A stretch of DNA of 64,000 bases from Actinomycetota bacterium. Lineage in GTDB: Bacteria > Actinomycetota > CALGFH01. Location of the stretch: positions 38,749-102,748 of the forward strand of contig JBEDUQ010000038.1 of NCBI GenBank assembly GCA_040414855.1, in the 5' to 3' direction. Each line of letters begins with the position of its first letter. The first letter of the stretch is position 1. The translations under genes were made by a program, and so were the position numbers. The notes under the pieces were generated by a model. The model was not told the DNA's origin. It made no database searches and saw only the letters and a list, made by a program, of their open reading frames with translations. Of this stretch, positions 63,783-64,000 are shown one piece after another.

Positions 63783-64000
63783 CTACCGATCACGCCGTAA
63801 CCAGCCGGTATGGCTGAGCGGCCAGATCCGCACGAAGGCCCTGCCGACCACGCTGGACCGCTCGACCGGCCCGAAGGTGCGGGAGTCCTCGGAGTTGTTG
63901 CGGTTGTCGCCCATGACGTACAGCTTGCCCTGCGGCACGGTGGTCGGCGTGCAGTTCTCGGTGGTGGTCCCCGGAGCCAGGTAGGGCTCCGGCACCATCT
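63783..64000 (-). CDS. lepB: Signal peptidase I, C-terminal part (gene continues beyond the right edge of the window)
   Basis: ...VPQGKLYVMGDNRNNSEDSRTFGPVERSSVVGRAFVRIWPL = S26 box D/E (GDNRxxSxDSR). Confidence 0.85.
   Translation of the reverse strand, partial: MVPEPYLAPGTTTENCTPTTVPQGKLYVMGDNRNNSEDSRTFGPVERSSVVGRAFVRIWPLSHTGWLRRDR

Overview
High-GC (hand-counted lines are mostly about 70-75% G+C) chromosomal segment from an Actinomycetota-type genome. All calls come from reading the sequence and ORF translations and comparing them with family motifs from memory; no database search was run.

Layout:
- About 25-64 kb is an almost entirely minus-strand housekeeping block in the gene order typical of actinomycetes: LOG-pepR-pnp-rpsO-ribF-truB-nrnA-rbfA-DUF503-infB-ylxR-nusA-rimP, then GNAT-ispG-rseP-dxr-rlmN-cdsA-frr-pyrH-tsf-rpsB, then M23 peptidase-whiG-type sigma-xerC-dprA-comM-yraN-LCP-DUF2469-rnhB-lepB. 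Many junctions are 4-nt NTGA stop/start overlaps.
- An orphan EccC-like triple FtsK/SpoIIIE ATPase plus a YukD-like ubiquitin-fold gene (39.2-43.9 kb) interrupts this block.
- The left third carries lhr (partial), kgd, a CBS protein, and an amine/amide-catabolism-like cluster (two glutamine-synthetase-like paralogues, FucD-like dehydratase, APC permease, amidohydrolase). It also carries thyX-like, dapB, an MFS transporter and a GNAT.

Main candidates for something new:
1. A 1228-aa monocistronic gene (20791-24477, minus) fusing a TIR_2-like domain, a complete NB-ARC/STAND ATPase and a complete membrane-inserted KAP-family P-loop NTPase.
2. A lower-GC islet of about 2 kb (10.1-12.2 kb) splitting the catabolic cluster. 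It encodes a STAS-fused GHKL/RsbW-like ATPase, a DUF4325/STAS-like protein and a small 2-TM protein.
3. An 18-nt motif, GGTTATCCACAGATTYCG, containing a perfect TTATCCACA DnaA-box nonamer. It recurs in sense orientation upstream of four unrelated genes.
4. Degenerate tandem copies ('echoes') of gene 3' ends lying just past the stop codon at three or more loci, plus many in-frame tandem repeats.

No rRNA, tRNA, CRISPR array, IS element or prophage was recognised.
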